Notes under the pieces: model-generated
The model's database searches: none
What the model saw: only the letters and a program-made list of their open reading frames with translations
Told to the model about the DNA's origin: nothing
Position numbers and translations under genes: made by a program
DNA from: a virus
Taxonomy: Duplodnaviria; Caudoviricetes
Length of the DNA stretch: 28,110 nucleotides
Direction: 5' to 3' (one strand)
IMG/VR virus record: IMGVR_UViG_3300020045_003448
Location: 1-28,110 of that record
In this document: positions 15,107 to 23,969 of the stretch, piece by piece
How the letters are laid out: each line of letters opens with the position of its first letter
Position numbering within the stretch: position 1 is the first letter of the stretch

Positions 15107-16515
15107 TATTTCTCCCTTCTAGGGACACCATTTTCCAATGCCCATTTCTGGCCGTTAGGGAATGTTGTGACTTTTCCTTCAACAAGATTCTTGACGGCTT
15201 CGGGTGGTATGGCAGGCGCAACGGTTCCCCAGACTAAGTTCCCCTTTGAATCCTTTCCCCAAAATATCTTTGTAGCTTCCTGGCCGGTAGCATCGTCAAT
15301 ATCGGTCATGGTGTCCCCTGGGCGGAGGCCCTTTGCGTCCTTGCCTAAGTTCAGGGATGGTTTGCCGCTGCCCCCTTGAATTTCGTTAAAAGACGCCGTG
15401 GTAGATTTGATCAGGTTTTTGTATTTGTCGTCTATTATCCGCTTAACCTCTTTCATAGACGCCACAAACGCCTCTTTGTCTTTATACCTTGATGCAAAGG
15501 CGTTCTGCCACGCTTTCTTTTCCTGAACCGTCATTGTAGCACCGAACATTTCATGCCGTTCAAGCATCTGGGCTTGCTCGAACATGGTCTTCCATGCTTC
15601 AAATTCAGGATCAGAAGCTAACGGCGTGAATCCAGACACCCTGCCTGAAGCCTCCCTCAAAGCGCCTTTAGCGCCTAAAAAGTCGGGCTTTACTCTGGTT
15701 AAAATTTGGTCAATGTTGTTTTTGGTAGTTTCAAGAAATGCTATTTGTTTACGGGCCTCGGAAGATATGGCCTTTGGAGGGAGGTCTCTTTCAGAAGGTT
15801 CAACTAAAACAGGGCCTTTCCCACCAGGCTGACCAGTTGTTACAAGCTCACCGGAAACAGGATTTTCAAGTTGCCTGAATGTCCCTTGAGGGCCGGTTGT
15901 GTTGAAACTTCTTAAATTGGGTCTTTCTGCTGTGTACGGTCCCCTAAGAATCTGGTTCGTCTCAGGGTCGATGTCGTACGAAACCTTAGTTCCGTCTGGG
16001 AGCACATCGTTTATCGTTTTGCCTCTGGAGGCAAGTCGGTTCTCAGTTTGTCTGCGTACGGCAAGCCCACCGGCCTCAATAACTGGTATGCCCGTAAACT
16101 TTTGAACATACGCCGCTTTTAAAAGAGCCGGGTCTATGCCTATACTACTCAGCATATCCATAAGTTTGCCTTGTTGGGGTTGCTGGGTAGGTTGCTGGGC
16201 CATCATAGCGGCAGCGGTACCAGCGGCGCCGTTCACACCGAAGTTAGGGCTAAACTCCGTGCCTTCAGGCATGGATGACGGTTGCTGTTGGGCTTGTTGA
16301 CCTTGCTGTTGGCCTCCACCAAAAAGCTCGTTCATAAACAATGATTCATTTTGGGCTTTTGTTGCCTCGGCCTGGGCTTTTATGGTGTCATATTTAACCT
16401 TATCCTTCATTATGGCGAACTCTTGCTTTTTAAGGTCAACTTCAAACTGTTGCTGTTTACCCTTCGCAAGCCCGCTCAACAACCCGGCTATTAAAGACCC
16501 CCCTGCGTTGCTCAT
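15106..16515 (-). CDS. Putative internal virion/ejection protein (469 aa)
   Basis: GSLIAGLLSGLAKG N-terminus, Q-rich linkers, synteny with podovirus DNA-transfer genes. Confidence 0.65.
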   Translation of the reverse strand: MSNAGGSLIAGLLSGLAKGKQQQFEVDLKKQEFAIMKDKVKYDTIKAQAEATKAQNESLFMNELFGGGQQQGQQAQQQPSSMPEGTEFSPNFGVNGAAGTAAAMMAQQPTQQPQQGKLMDMLSSIGIDPALLKAAYVQKFTGIPVIEAGGLAVRRQTENRLASRGKTINDVLPDGTKVSYDIDPETNQILRGPYTAERPNLRSFNTTGPQGTFRQLENPVSGELVTTGQPGGKGPVLVEPSERDLPPKAISSEARKQIAFLETTKNNIDQILTRVKPDFLGAKGALREASGRVSGFTPLASDPEFEAWKTMFEQAQMLERHEMFGATMTVQEKKAWQNAFASRYKDKEAFVASMKEVKRIIDDKYKNLIKSTTASFNEIQGGSGKPSLNLGKDAKGLRPGDTMTDIDDATGQEATKIFWGKDSKGNLVWGTVAPAIPPEAVKNLVEGKVTTFPNGQKWALENGVPRREK

Positions 16516-16525
16516 ATTATCCTCC

Positions 16526-17056
16526 TTATGACGCTAAAAACATGCCAAGCCCCTGGCCTAATCCGCCCATCATTTGGGACTTCCCGGCATCGGCTTGAGC
16601 CTGTGCTTGCATGGCGTTTGTCGAAGCGTTGGCGGACCCTAACAAGCCCTGCATGGAGGTCTGCGGCGTGTTGGTAGCTATACCATAGGACTTGTTGAAC
16701 ATATCGTTCTGGATGTTGCTTATCAGGTCAGTAAAAGACCCGGCCCGGGTAGCTTCAAGGTCGTTAAGGCCCTGGTACATCGCCCCACCTGTTGCCGTGT
16801 TGCCGATGATGTTCTCGCGCGCCACCCCGTATTGGTTCTCAATCGCGTTCTTACCACCCGCCCACATAGGACTTGTACCGATGTCAAAATTGCCCCCGGT
16901 GAAGTTAGTAAGCTGGTCTATAATACCGGTTCGTATCGGGGTGGACTCTGTAAACAATTGCTGTGCGATCTGGCTCGCAATTTTACTCGACTTGGGTTCC
17001 TCGTAATCGTCCCCTCCGCCAAACAACCCGCCTATGGCATCGCCTATACTTCCCAT
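16526..17056 (-). CDS. Putative small ejection/pilot protein (P22 gp7-like position)
   Basis: MGSIGDAIGGLFGGG N-terminus, G/A/Q-rich, MMGGLGQGLGMFLA C-terminus. Confidence 0.7.
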   Translation of the reverse strand: MGSIGDAIGGLFGGGDDYEEPKSSKIASQIAQQLFTESTPIRTGIIDQLTNFTGGNFDIGTSPMWAGGKNAIENQYGVARENIIGNTATGGAMYQGLNDLEATRAGSFTDLISNIQNDMFNKSYGIATNTPQTSMQGLLGSANASTNAMQAQAQADAGKSQMMGGLGQGLGMFLAS

Positions 17057-17580
17057 GATTCAACCTCCTGTCGTTGCATATAGCAAACGTAAAGCCCTAT
17101 CGTTTCTTTTGTGTAATAATTCACGGCGTAGTTTGGGATAACCCCCATGTCTACCGAACCGACTTTTTTTGAGAGTTTAACGGCTAACCGGTTATCTGCG
17201 CCTATCATACCAATTAAGGTGTCGAGTAGAGGGTCACCGTCATAGTTTTTAAATGAGAACCAGTATTTAAAAGCTGACTTTAGAATTTCCTCTGACCATC
17301 CCCATCCGCCCTTGAAGACACAGAAATGCGCCATTGCCGACTTCTTCGTGAAGTTGTTCAGCCATCCAAGGAACACAGGTTCATCGCCATACCACTGAGT
17401 AACAACACAGTTTGACGGCGATTTTACAAGGTGCATAAACTCCGGTTGCGACTTGATAGACCCGGTGCAAAAGACTTTCTGAACAGTTCTTTCAACGGTC
17501 ATCCTCGCCCATAAGTCTGACATTACCGAATCAGGGAGTGACCATGCCCCGTCAATTTGTACGTATGGGATTATCTTCAT
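17044..17580 (-). CDS. GNAT-fold virion assembly protein (P22 gp14 / T7 gp13-like position)
   Basis: AMAHFC, LIGMIGADNRLAVKLSKKVG GNAT-like motif; lies between nozzle and ejection genes. Confidence 0.7.
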   Translation of the reverse strand: MKIIPYVQIDGAWSLPDSVMSDLWARMTVERTVQKVFCTGSIKSQPEFMHLVKSPSNCVVTQWYGDEPVFLGWLNNFTKKSAMAHFCVFKGGWGWSEEILKSAFKYWFSFKNYDGDPLLDTLIGMIGADNRLAVKLSKKVGSVDMGVIPNYAVNYYTKETIGLYVCYMQRQEVESWEV

Positions 17581-19463
17581 TCGGTTTCCACCATGTATAT
17601 TTTAACATCTCCGCTTCCTGATATCCTTATAGAGAGGCGTTTACCGTTGGATGTAGCTACAAGCCTCTTTCTGGTTTGTCGTGTTCCTGTGATAGCGTGG
17701 GATTGAGCTGATACGTCATCGAGTAGCAAGTACCCGGTTGCGAGACAGTTCGGGTTTGAGGCGTCAATGTCGTATTTTACCCAGCGTGGGAAATGAGCTC
17801 TGGTTTGCAATGTGAAGTCTTTGGCCTGAACCTCCCATGAAATAGGGGTTCCTCCATCATCTGGAAGGTTGCGGTTTTCCAGTTCCCAGACGTTTCCAGC
17901 GGTATCCCCGGCCAATAACCGGGTGTTTGATTTATCTATTCCCAAGGCGCTTATTTGAATACCGTAGTTGAAATAATACCCCTTTTCAGTGTCCATGTCG
18001 TAAACTATGACGTTATCAGGGTAATCGTTATCCCCAATATACCCGAAATATAGCTTGGAGTTGAATTGAATGAGCCACGAACTATCAGGACGCTTTACAC
18101 CAGGGACGGTGTTGACGGTCTCCCCTCGAAATATTCTTTCAAGCTGCGACTGAGATACTTTCTTATCCACCTGGCCGTTGAATAGATAGATACCGTCTGA
18201 TCCCACATGGTATATGCCTCTCCCGGCTACAGGAGCGATACAGTCCTGCCCTTGCGCACCGGTTATGGCCGACATAGCCAGAGGAAAGAAAGTGTTCGTT
18301 CCGGTTCCCTGGATAAGGTATATCTCGGTCTTTGTGAATAAATAAAGTTGCCCGTTCCAGAAGCAAGCCGCCTGCCCTGGAAATTGGATAGGCGATACTT
18401 CAATGTAATTCAGAACAGGCCAATATTCCGGTTGCTTCGGGTCACAGTAATACAGGTTATTCCCGTGTATGATAAAACACGTTCCGTTGTAGTTTGGCCC
18501 AACAACATAGGTTCCTGCTGGGGGTCTGTCGTGGTCGGTTTCAACTTCTGTTCCCAACGCTGTATCAGCAATAAGAGACTCCCAGATAATAACTACATCC
18601 CCGGCTGAAGTTACGGTCATGTTATATTGATAGGTCGTTGCAGTGAGGTCGGGCTCCCATGTGAAGGTTCCCCGGTAATCAGAGTTGTAGAGGTTAGTGG
18701 CAAATAAATAATCGTTGTTCGAGGCGTATGTTTCCTCCCACGGGTATGAAAATGAATAATCAGTTCCGTAAATAGCCGGGACTTCAACATCTCCATCATG
18801 GTAATAGATAAGCCCTGAGGTTAGGGTCCGGTACATTCGGATATGGGTTATCTGAAGGTCAAGGTCTTCTAATGATAGGTCTATGGTTACGGTTATGGAT
18901 TGGTTCGCAGCAGTAACCGTGTTGCTTGCTGATGAGGGGTTCGATTCGCAAATAATGGTGGAACCGGACTTGCGCGCGAACGTGTACTTGAAGGAATAGT
19001 CCCCGGTCAGGCCGGTCGTCGTGCCGGTGGCGGCAACGGGAGTGGTTGTGGGTGCTGCGATACCCCATTCGTATACCGTGCCGTTCTCGATACGTTTTCG
19101 GTCCGTGCCGTTCAGGGCGAATATATCCTGGGTCAGGTCGTTGAAGGCGTTGTACAGCATGGCGGACCACTTGGCGTCTGATAGCCCTGATTCAATGGAT
19201 GTTGAGTCCTGGTATATCCTATGCCCAGCGAATGAATACCGGCTTCCAGCTTGCTCAATTATCAGATTTATAGGCGTGGTAAGCCCTGAATCAATTATGC
19301 GTGACCCATCACGGGTCTTAGCTACTCCGTTCTCATCAAGGCGTAGGTTCTTGCACCTCTGCATGGCGCCCGACCCGATGTCTGCCCCTGACCCGGATTG
19401 CTGCAGCTCACAGGGGTCTGTGCTTAAATCAAGGGTGCCTATGGGTTTCCAGATTATCGTCAT
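17577..19463 (-). CDS. Tail nozzle / packaged-DNA stabilisation protein (beta-propeller)
   Basis: CKNLRLD..G.AKTRDG start, LYYCDP..PEYWP, GSDGIYLFNG, VYD....YF propeller motifs; follows the adaptors. Confidence 0.78.
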   Translation of the reverse strand: MTIIWKPIGTLDLSTDPCELQQSGSGADIGSGAMQRCKNLRLDENGVAKTRDGSRIIDSGLTTPINLIIEQAGSRYSFAGHRIYQDSTSIESGLSDAKWSAMLYNAFNDLTQDIFALNGTDRKRIENGTVYEWGIAAPTTTPVAATGTTTGLTGDYSFKYTFARKSGSTIICESNPSSASNTVTAANQSITVTIDLSLEDLDLQITHIRMYRTLTSGLIYYHDGDVEVPAIYGTDYSFSYPWEETYASNNDYLFATNLYNSDYRGTFTWEPDLTATTYQYNMTVTSAGDVVIIWESLIADTALGTEVETDHDRPPAGTYVVGPNYNGTCFIIHGNNLYYCDPKQPEYWPVLNYIEVSPIQFPGQAACFWNGQLYLFTKTEIYLIQGTGTNTFFPLAMSAITGAQGQDCIAPVAGRGIYHVGSDGIYLFNGQVDKKVSQSQLERIFRGETVNTVPGVKRPDSSWLIQFNSKLYFGYIGDNDYPDNVIVYDMDTEKGYYFNYGIQISALGIDKSNTRLLAGDTAGNVWELENRNLPDDGGTPISWEVQAKDFTLQTRAHFPRWVKYDIDASNPNCLATGYLLLDDVSAQSHAITGTRQTRKRLVATSNGKRLSIRISGSGDVKIYMVETE

Positions 19464-20698
19464 GGGTAAGTCACCTGGTATGTGGATGGTAGGCGCGGCC
19501 CGCGTCTGTTGCGTACAGCCTCGCCGACCTTTGATGTTAATCGGAAATCCCTATCCGCCAGACGTTGCCATCGGTACCGCTTCAAGACTTCAACACCGAG
19601 TTCTTTTCTCCAATTCCAATAGTCCGCAAGGGACTCGATATTGCCGTCAGTATTGGCCTTGAAAGAACGCGATATAGCCCCGTACTCTATGTATTTCTGA
19701 ATCCATTTGGGAATGGACGAATCATCATCTGGCCCCTGAATATCGGTGGACTTGGCAGAGTAAATCAGGAGTAGGTTGTTGTCTATGTCGATTGCGTCCG
19801 TGGCTATACCCAATTCGCCGTTTACAAGGTACTCGGGGATGTCGATGATAGTCCCGTCCTCATCCCCTGTTTCGCCGGTTACGAACAGGACTTGCCCGTA
19901 TAACTCTACAGCGTCCACATCGGCGCGGGAGGTTACGATGTACGAATATGAAGTATCAGTTTCAACCGTGTAGTCGGTTTCCCACGAGAACACGCAATTG
20001 AAATCACCGTCTATCGTCGTAATCCGGTAATCGTTTGTCACGACATGGCCGTCCGATAATTCCCATGTGTAGAGGTAGGTGTACACGCTATCGTAAATCA
20101 TCGGCGGTTCAGGGTCATTCCAATCAACAGTTGACGGCCGTGGATAAAGATAAAACTCGTTGCTTAGAGCGTCTTTGCGGTAGTACGATTCCGGGTCGCC
20201 GGTTTGTGACCTCCAAGACATGTTATCACTCATCAGGACTTTGGGAGTAATATAATTTATCGGGTCTCTATCCCATGCAATATAACGTGTAGAGTCGAAG
20301 TCTACCGGGAACCACATAGGCGGTATATCTGAGGTGGTTAGGATAAGATACCCCTCCCACGGGTGGATAAAGTGTTCTCCTGTATCCACTTCAAGTGCAA
20401 GGCTAACTCCAAGAGATTGTCCTTCCCATAGGTTACAAACCACCATGTCGGATTGATGATGGTATCTGAGAGCTTGGAATTGTTTATCAGCACAGAATGT
20501 AAACTCCCAATCGTGAAGGTATGTCATGCCGTATTCGGGAGGGATACGGATAGCCTCTATCTTCTCGATGGGGTTTGTGGACTCGATGAAATCCCGCTGA
20601 TCGTCATTGAAGGACCGGAGTAAGAAGGCGTCCGTCCATATGTTGGAATTGGGGTCTCTTATAAACCGCCGTATGCGTGTTAGGTTATCGCTCCACAT
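19460..20698 (-). CDS. Head-tail adaptor-like protein, extended (412 aa)
   Basis: RIRRFIRDPN..IWTD..L...ND, GDP..Y....FYLYPRP, IPKW...YI.YGA..R motifs. Confidence 0.7.
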   Translation of the reverse strand: MWSDNLTRIRRFIRDPNSNIWTDAFLLRSFNDDQRDFIESTNPIEKIEAIRIPPEYGMTYLHDWEFTFCADKQFQALRYHHQSDMVVCNLWEGQSLGVSLALEVDTGEHFIHPWEGYLILTTSDIPPMWFPVDFDSTRYIAWDRDPINYITPKVLMSDNMSWRSQTGDPESYYRKDALSNEFYLYPRPSTVDWNDPEPPMIYDSVYTYLYTWELSDGHVVTNDYRITTIDGDFNCVFSWETDYTVETDTSYSYIVTSRADVDAVELYGQVLFVTGETGDEDGTIIDIPEYLVNGELGIATDAIDIDNNLLLIYSAKSTDIQGPDDDSSIPKWIQKYIEYGAISRSFKANTDGNIESLADYWNWRKELGVEVLKRYRWQRLADRDFRLTSKVGEAVRNRRGPRLPSTYQVTYP

Positions 20699-21348
20699 TA
20701 TTCAGTCACCTTCGGCCAGGGTTCTTTTTCAGAACGGTAATAATTAAGCCGTTCGGTTGCATACGGGTATTGAGCCTTAACGCCTACCTTTTTGAGATAG
20801 TCGTTGTGGTGCATAATGGCCTGTTTGACCTCACCGATGGAGGCGTAATACTCTCCAACTGCGTAATGAGCCGCCGCCCATTCCCACGTATCTCTGAGCT
20901 TAATCCGGTCGGTGTCTTCAGTGTAACGGGATGGTATCATAACCGACCAAATCTCTAGAATTGACCCGTCTGCGGAAGGCGCTGGCCATACGCCTATGTT
21001 ATTAAAGCCGATAGGTAAATAAGCCTCTGGTGAGCCTGTGTTTTTAAGCCATCGAGGGTTGAAGGCATTCAGCCGAATAAGGTCGGTCTGCTCCATCCTG
21101 CGTTTTAGGGACTGGAGCCAAACATCGGTTATCCATGCAATTGACCCGCGCTTTGTAGATAGGGAGTAGAAGTTTCTGTACGCTTTTAGGGAAAGATGAT
21201 ACGTCTCTTTATAACACCCTGTAACGATAGATATTTCTTCAATAGCGTCGTTGATGGATTCCCGGATAGGGGATATGTCTGAAAACACGTCAGGTGTTTC
21301 CGGGTCTTCGCCTATAAGCTCAAGAACATGGCGTTCGATGGTGTTCAT
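20698..21348 (-). CDS. Head-tail adaptor-like protein (216 aa)
   Basis: V.ELIGED....F....I...INDAI, PRW....GSP..Y......GVWPAP, AAAHYA..E motifs; AGGAGG RBS. Confidence 0.72.
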   Translation of the reverse strand: MNTIERHVLELIGEDPETPDVFSDISPIRESINDAIEEISIVTGCYKETYHLSLKAYRNFYSLSTKRGSIAWITDVWLQSLKRRMEQTDLIRLNAFNPRWLKNTGSPEAYLPIGFNNIGVWPAPSADGSILEIWSVMIPSRYTEDTDRIKLRDTWEWAAAHYAVGEYYASIGEVKQAIMHHNDYLKKVGVKAQYPYATERLNYYRSEKEPWPKVTE

Positions 21349-21416
21349 GGCCCTCCTAAAGAGTTACCGGGTGCATGGATAGGGCATGGCGTTTAAGGTT
21401 TCCCCCCGGTATAAGT

Positions 21417-21737
21417 TTAGACCGTGAATGTACCCGCTTTCGCAAACTCCCGTGGGTGTAACACCCCGCCGTGGATGGGGGATTCCTCGTCGTAATGGAT
21501 AACGTCGATGGATTCCATTGGCAGCCCCCGCATGGCGTCGATACGGCATAGGGGCTCCGACGGGTCGAAATTGAGCTTTGAGGCGTTCCAATCCAGCCTC
21601 ACTCCGGCGTTGAACGGCTCGAACATGGCGCCCAATGATGTGACCGTGAGAGCCCACCCTGGAAACTCGATCAGCCCTTTGACGTTGCAAAACAGGACTT
21701 CCCTGCGTTTAATTGACTCGTTCGCTAAGCTCGGCAT
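21417..21737 (-). CDS. Hypothetical protein (106 aa)
   Basis: Overlaps the GT-MTase 3' end and fills the gap to the adaptor; no recognisable motif. Confidence 0.6.
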   Translation of the reverse strand: MPSLANESIKRREVLFCNVKGLIEFPGWALTVTSLGAMFEPFNAGVRLDWNASKLNFDPSEPLCRIDAMRGLPMESIDVIHYDEESPIHGGVLHPREFAKAGTFTV

Positions 21738-23136
21738 TTTCTTTTATCCTTTTTGGCCCGAAGCTGTTATCCTTTTTGACCCATACCAAGTCGTTTATCG
21801 GGAAGACGTTACGTTCCAGCATAAAGGCTTGTACTGCTGCATGGTCCATATTGATATGTTCGGGGTTGTTAAAGTCTCTATTTGAGAAAAAGTTTGTGAC
21901 AAACACCCCATCCGGTTGCAAGCGCCCTATCGCCTGGTCAAGTACTGTGCGCCAATCTTCCAGATGTTCAATGGAGTCCAGGAACATTACGAAGTCGTAA
22001 GGCCCTTTCATCTCATATCCAACCTGGTCATCAAATTTGTATTTACTGACTCTCCACTTTAAGAACTCGTACCCGCTGGCCCCTTCAACATCCACATAAT
22101 CCATATGGTATCCACGGTGTAAAAGCTCAAAACCTATGGGAGCGGACCCGCACCCGAAGTCAAGACCGCGTGTGCCGGGTTTCTTCTGGAACAACTGCAA
22201 AAGGATCATCCCGTCTCTGACAATCCCGGCCTTTGAGTGGTAGAAGGCTTGTCGGCAAAGCTGAGACATCCCTGTTTGCTTGTAGTACGACTTCTTGTCT
22301 GAGAATGTTTTGAACCGGATCAGGTTGATGTCGTTATATTCCTCTGCCTTCCTGATAACTTCCTCGTCGTCGTACCCGGTGTATTCTCTAACATCCGCTC
22401 GATACTGAGCAAGCCATTTGTCCATCATCCATTCCTGAACAAGCTCGTTGCCGTGCATCTTCTCAAGGTAGAGGTGCTTGCGGTTGTGCGGGACAACAAC
22501 GTCCTCGGTGTTTCTGACATGACCTAAGACTATCCCGGTATGGCAGAAAACCTCAAACCCTGCTTCCTTGGCCTTACGACATAGTTGGACATCGGTTCCA
22601 AGACCGACTTTACCCGTCTGCATTTCGGGTTCAAAATAAGGTTCTTCTATTTTGTCAAACACGTGCATCTTGATAAGCATACACCCGCCGCCCTGGACAT
22701 CTACAGGTTGGGGTTGGCCGGTGATTTCATCGTCCCGCATGAAGCGGTAGGAACTGCCTTCCTGGACCATCAAGACCGGTTGGTAATCCCCGCCCCGGTG
22801 GTAATACAGAGCGCCAACGATGTCCTTATCAACTTCAATAAGGTGTTTGAGGAAGTCGTACGCCGTGTGGTCTGGGAGGTCTTTCCAATCAATTACGTGG
22901 TCATCATCAAGGAATAAAAGGTAACTGGCCCCGATGACCCTTGCGGTCTGGACAATCGCGTTACGGGCTCGGAACTGCTCTGACTTTTCTTTGACTAAAA
23001 GGGAAAAATCGTATTCAGGATACCTACGGCCAAAGGAATACATCATTCTCATATAGTCCCACTGGGTTTTAAGGGGAAGACCGGAGAATGTCGGGATACC
23101 AACTGCTATAAGGGGCCGTTCGCGTTTATACATCAA
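21709..23136 (-). CDS. GT-A (GT2-like) glycosyltransferase fused to class I SAM-dependent methyltransferase
   Basis: IAVGIPT, ARN, YLLFLDDD, GGGCMLI, GTDVQLC..A...GF...LGH (GT-A); GLDFGCGS, VDV, YDFV...DSIEHL.D, L.PDG (MTase). Confidence 0.9.
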   Translation of the reverse strand: MMYKRERPLIAVGIPTFSGLPLKTQWDYMRMMYSFGRRYPEYDFSLLVKEKSEQFRARNAIVQTARVIGASYLLFLDDDHVIDWKDLPDHTAYDFLKHLIEVDKDIVGALYYHRGGDYQPVLMVQEGSSYRFMRDDEITGQPQPVDVQGGGCMLIKMHVFDKIEEPYFEPEMQTGKVGLGTDVQLCRKAKEAGFEVFCHTGIVLGHVRNTEDVVVPHNRKHLYLEKMHGNELVQEWMMDKWLAQYRADVREYTGYDDEEVIRKAEEYNDINLIRFKTFSDKKSYYKQTGMSQLCRQAFYHSKAGIVRDGMILLQLFQKKPGTRGLDFGCGSAPIGFELLHRGYHMDYVDVEGASGYEFLKWRVSKYKFDDQVGYEMKGPYDFVMFLDSIEHLEDWRTVLDQAIGRLQPDGVFVTNFFSNRDFNNPEHINMDHAAVQAFMLERNVFPINDLVWVKKDNSFGPKRIKENAELSERVN

Positions 23137-23392
23137 GCTGCACCTCCCCGAATAATGCTATAAAGGAAGGATCCACATGGTAGTCTTTAATACCAAGGTC
23201 GTAGGCCCCGGATTCGAGCATGGCGATGTCCTCCGAGTCGATCTTCTGAATCGACTTGAACCGCCTGTTCCCGCAATGGTTACACCCGCCGTTTTTCATA
23301 ATGTAAAGTTTCGCTACAATTCCTTTGCAGTCGTCGCACCTCATTAGAGGGTCTGACGCTGAGTCCTCCGGTTCGTACTTCAGAAAGTTCAT
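23126..23392 (-). CDS. Zn-ribbon protein (88 aa)
   Basis: CDDC...CNHCG; AGGAG RBS; overlaps the GT-MTase start. Confidence 0.75.
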   Translation of the reverse strand: MNFLKYEPEDSASDPLMRCDDCKGIVAKLYIMKNGGCNHCGNRRFKSIQKIDSEDIAMLESGAYDLGIKDYHVDPSFIALFGEVQLDV

Positions 23393-23412
23393 AGTCCTAT
23401 CTCCTATGAATT

Positions 23413-23437
23413 GGGGGGCAGTAATAAACCACCCCCC
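23413..23437 (-). terminator. Hairpin after the capsid/decoration genes (stabiliser or weak terminator)
   Basis: Minus strand GGGGGGTGGT-TTATT-ACTGCCCCCC, 10-bp stem with two G.U pairs; no U-tract. Confidence 0.5.
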
Positions 23438-23443
23438 GGTTGG

Positions 23444-23905
23444 TTAAAGGCCCTTAACGATACAAGCAATGGTTCCGGTAGTTCCCACAAGGGTGTAAGC
23501 TGCAAGGGCAACAGCCGCAACCGCGTTGTAGGTGAAAATACCGACTTCTGCCGTGGCCCCTGAGGTATACACAGGCCCCTTGAGGTTGAAGGCGTTCACC
23601 CGCATGAACAGGGGCGTGCCGGTGTAGATGTTCTTGGCCGTGGTGGAACAGTCCACCCGTACCGCCGAATGGTAGCCGTACACCTGGACAAGGCCGTAAG
23701 ACCCAGCCGTGATGGTTTCAGCCACAATTCCGGCGAAAGCGTGAGCCCCGCTTACTTTGGACGGTTTCGTAACCGAAACTCCATCCGCGTCCCCTAAATC
23801 CCACATTACCGCCTGGCCATTGGTCAGGGAAGCAGTGGTGTACCCGTTCTTGCAAACAATGAAAACTTTCTCCGGCGATGTTCTGTTGATCCTTGAAAAT
23901 AACAT
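23444..23905 (-). CDS. Capsid decoration/cement protein
   Basis: Directly follows the MCP; FAGIVAETITAGSYGLVQVYG motif; start ATG 23905 fits the AAGGAG spacing. Confidence 0.75.
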   Translation of the reverse strand: MLFSRINRTSPEKVFIVCKNGYTTASLTNGQAVMWDLGDADGVSVTKPSKVSGAHAFAGIVAETITAGSYGLVQVYGYHSAVRVDCSTTAKNIYTGTPLFMRVNAFNLKGPVYTSGATAEVGIFTYNAVAAVALAAYTLVGTTGTIACIVKGL

Positions 23906-23969
23906 GGTCACTCTCCTTTTGTTGTGACTGCCGGATTCCCTATCAATCCCGTTTTGTTAAGGTACTACG

